Below are positions 36,969 through 36,985 of a stretch of DNA of 36,985 bases, piece after piece; positions within the stretch are counted from its first letter, which is position 1, and the number at the start of each line of letters is the position of its first letter. The notes below the pieces were generated by a model, which searched no databases, was not told the DNA's origin, and was given only the letters and a program-made list of their open reading frames with translations. Both the position numbers and the translations under genes were made by a program. Where the stretch lies: the sequence record DRR378314_377; one strand, written 5' to 3'.

Positions 36969-36985
36969 CCCTGTAGTGGCTACAG
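36965..36985 (+). promoter_or_regulatory. MerR (CadR-type) promoter-operator, copy 2, for a gene beyond the window
   Basis: TTGACC directly followed by CTGTAG-TGG-CTACAG. The -10 lies outside the window. Confidence 0.75.

Noticed and set aside
20860-36985. Integrase, transposase, tRNA attachment site or terminal inverted repeats for the metal region
   Set aside because: None found by eye on either strand, so no mobile_element feature was called.

Overview
This is a GC-rich Gammaproteobacterial chromosomal window. The gene content resembles Alcanivorax/Alloalcanivorax, but that is an inference. The left ~13 kb is mostly core or housekeeping: betB, DUF523/TudS-like, a D-2-hydroxyacid dehydrogenase, yjbQ, a Kunitz lipoprotein/DUF4870/DUF2057 envelope cluster, a cytochrome P450, opgD, MFS+LysR, slyD and beta-carbonic anhydrase. 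The rest is dominated by metal homeostasis: a copL-copA-copB-cytochrome c cluster; a czcI-like/czcCBA/PII-like operon; a visibly lower-GC block (gtrA-gtrB-arnT-like, czcD, cadR with a cation transporter, BASS symporter); nhaD; and a MerR regulator separated from its target promoter by a vapBC module. The most notable signal is two small leader ORFs, one upstream of copA and one upstream of czcC. Both look leaderless, start with a signal-like hydrophobic segment, and carry a Cys/His cluster at the same distance from a shared C-terminal G-F-x-x-S-P-[FW]-R-P-P-S motif. Each is followed by an mRNA hairpin that can mask the downstream Shine-Dalgarno sequence. This points to metal-sensing ribosome-arrest (translational attenuation) control of two different metal-resistance operons. 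I saw no rRNA, tRNA, CRISPR, integrase or transposase. All calls come from reading motifs by eye; no database searches or folding calculations were run.
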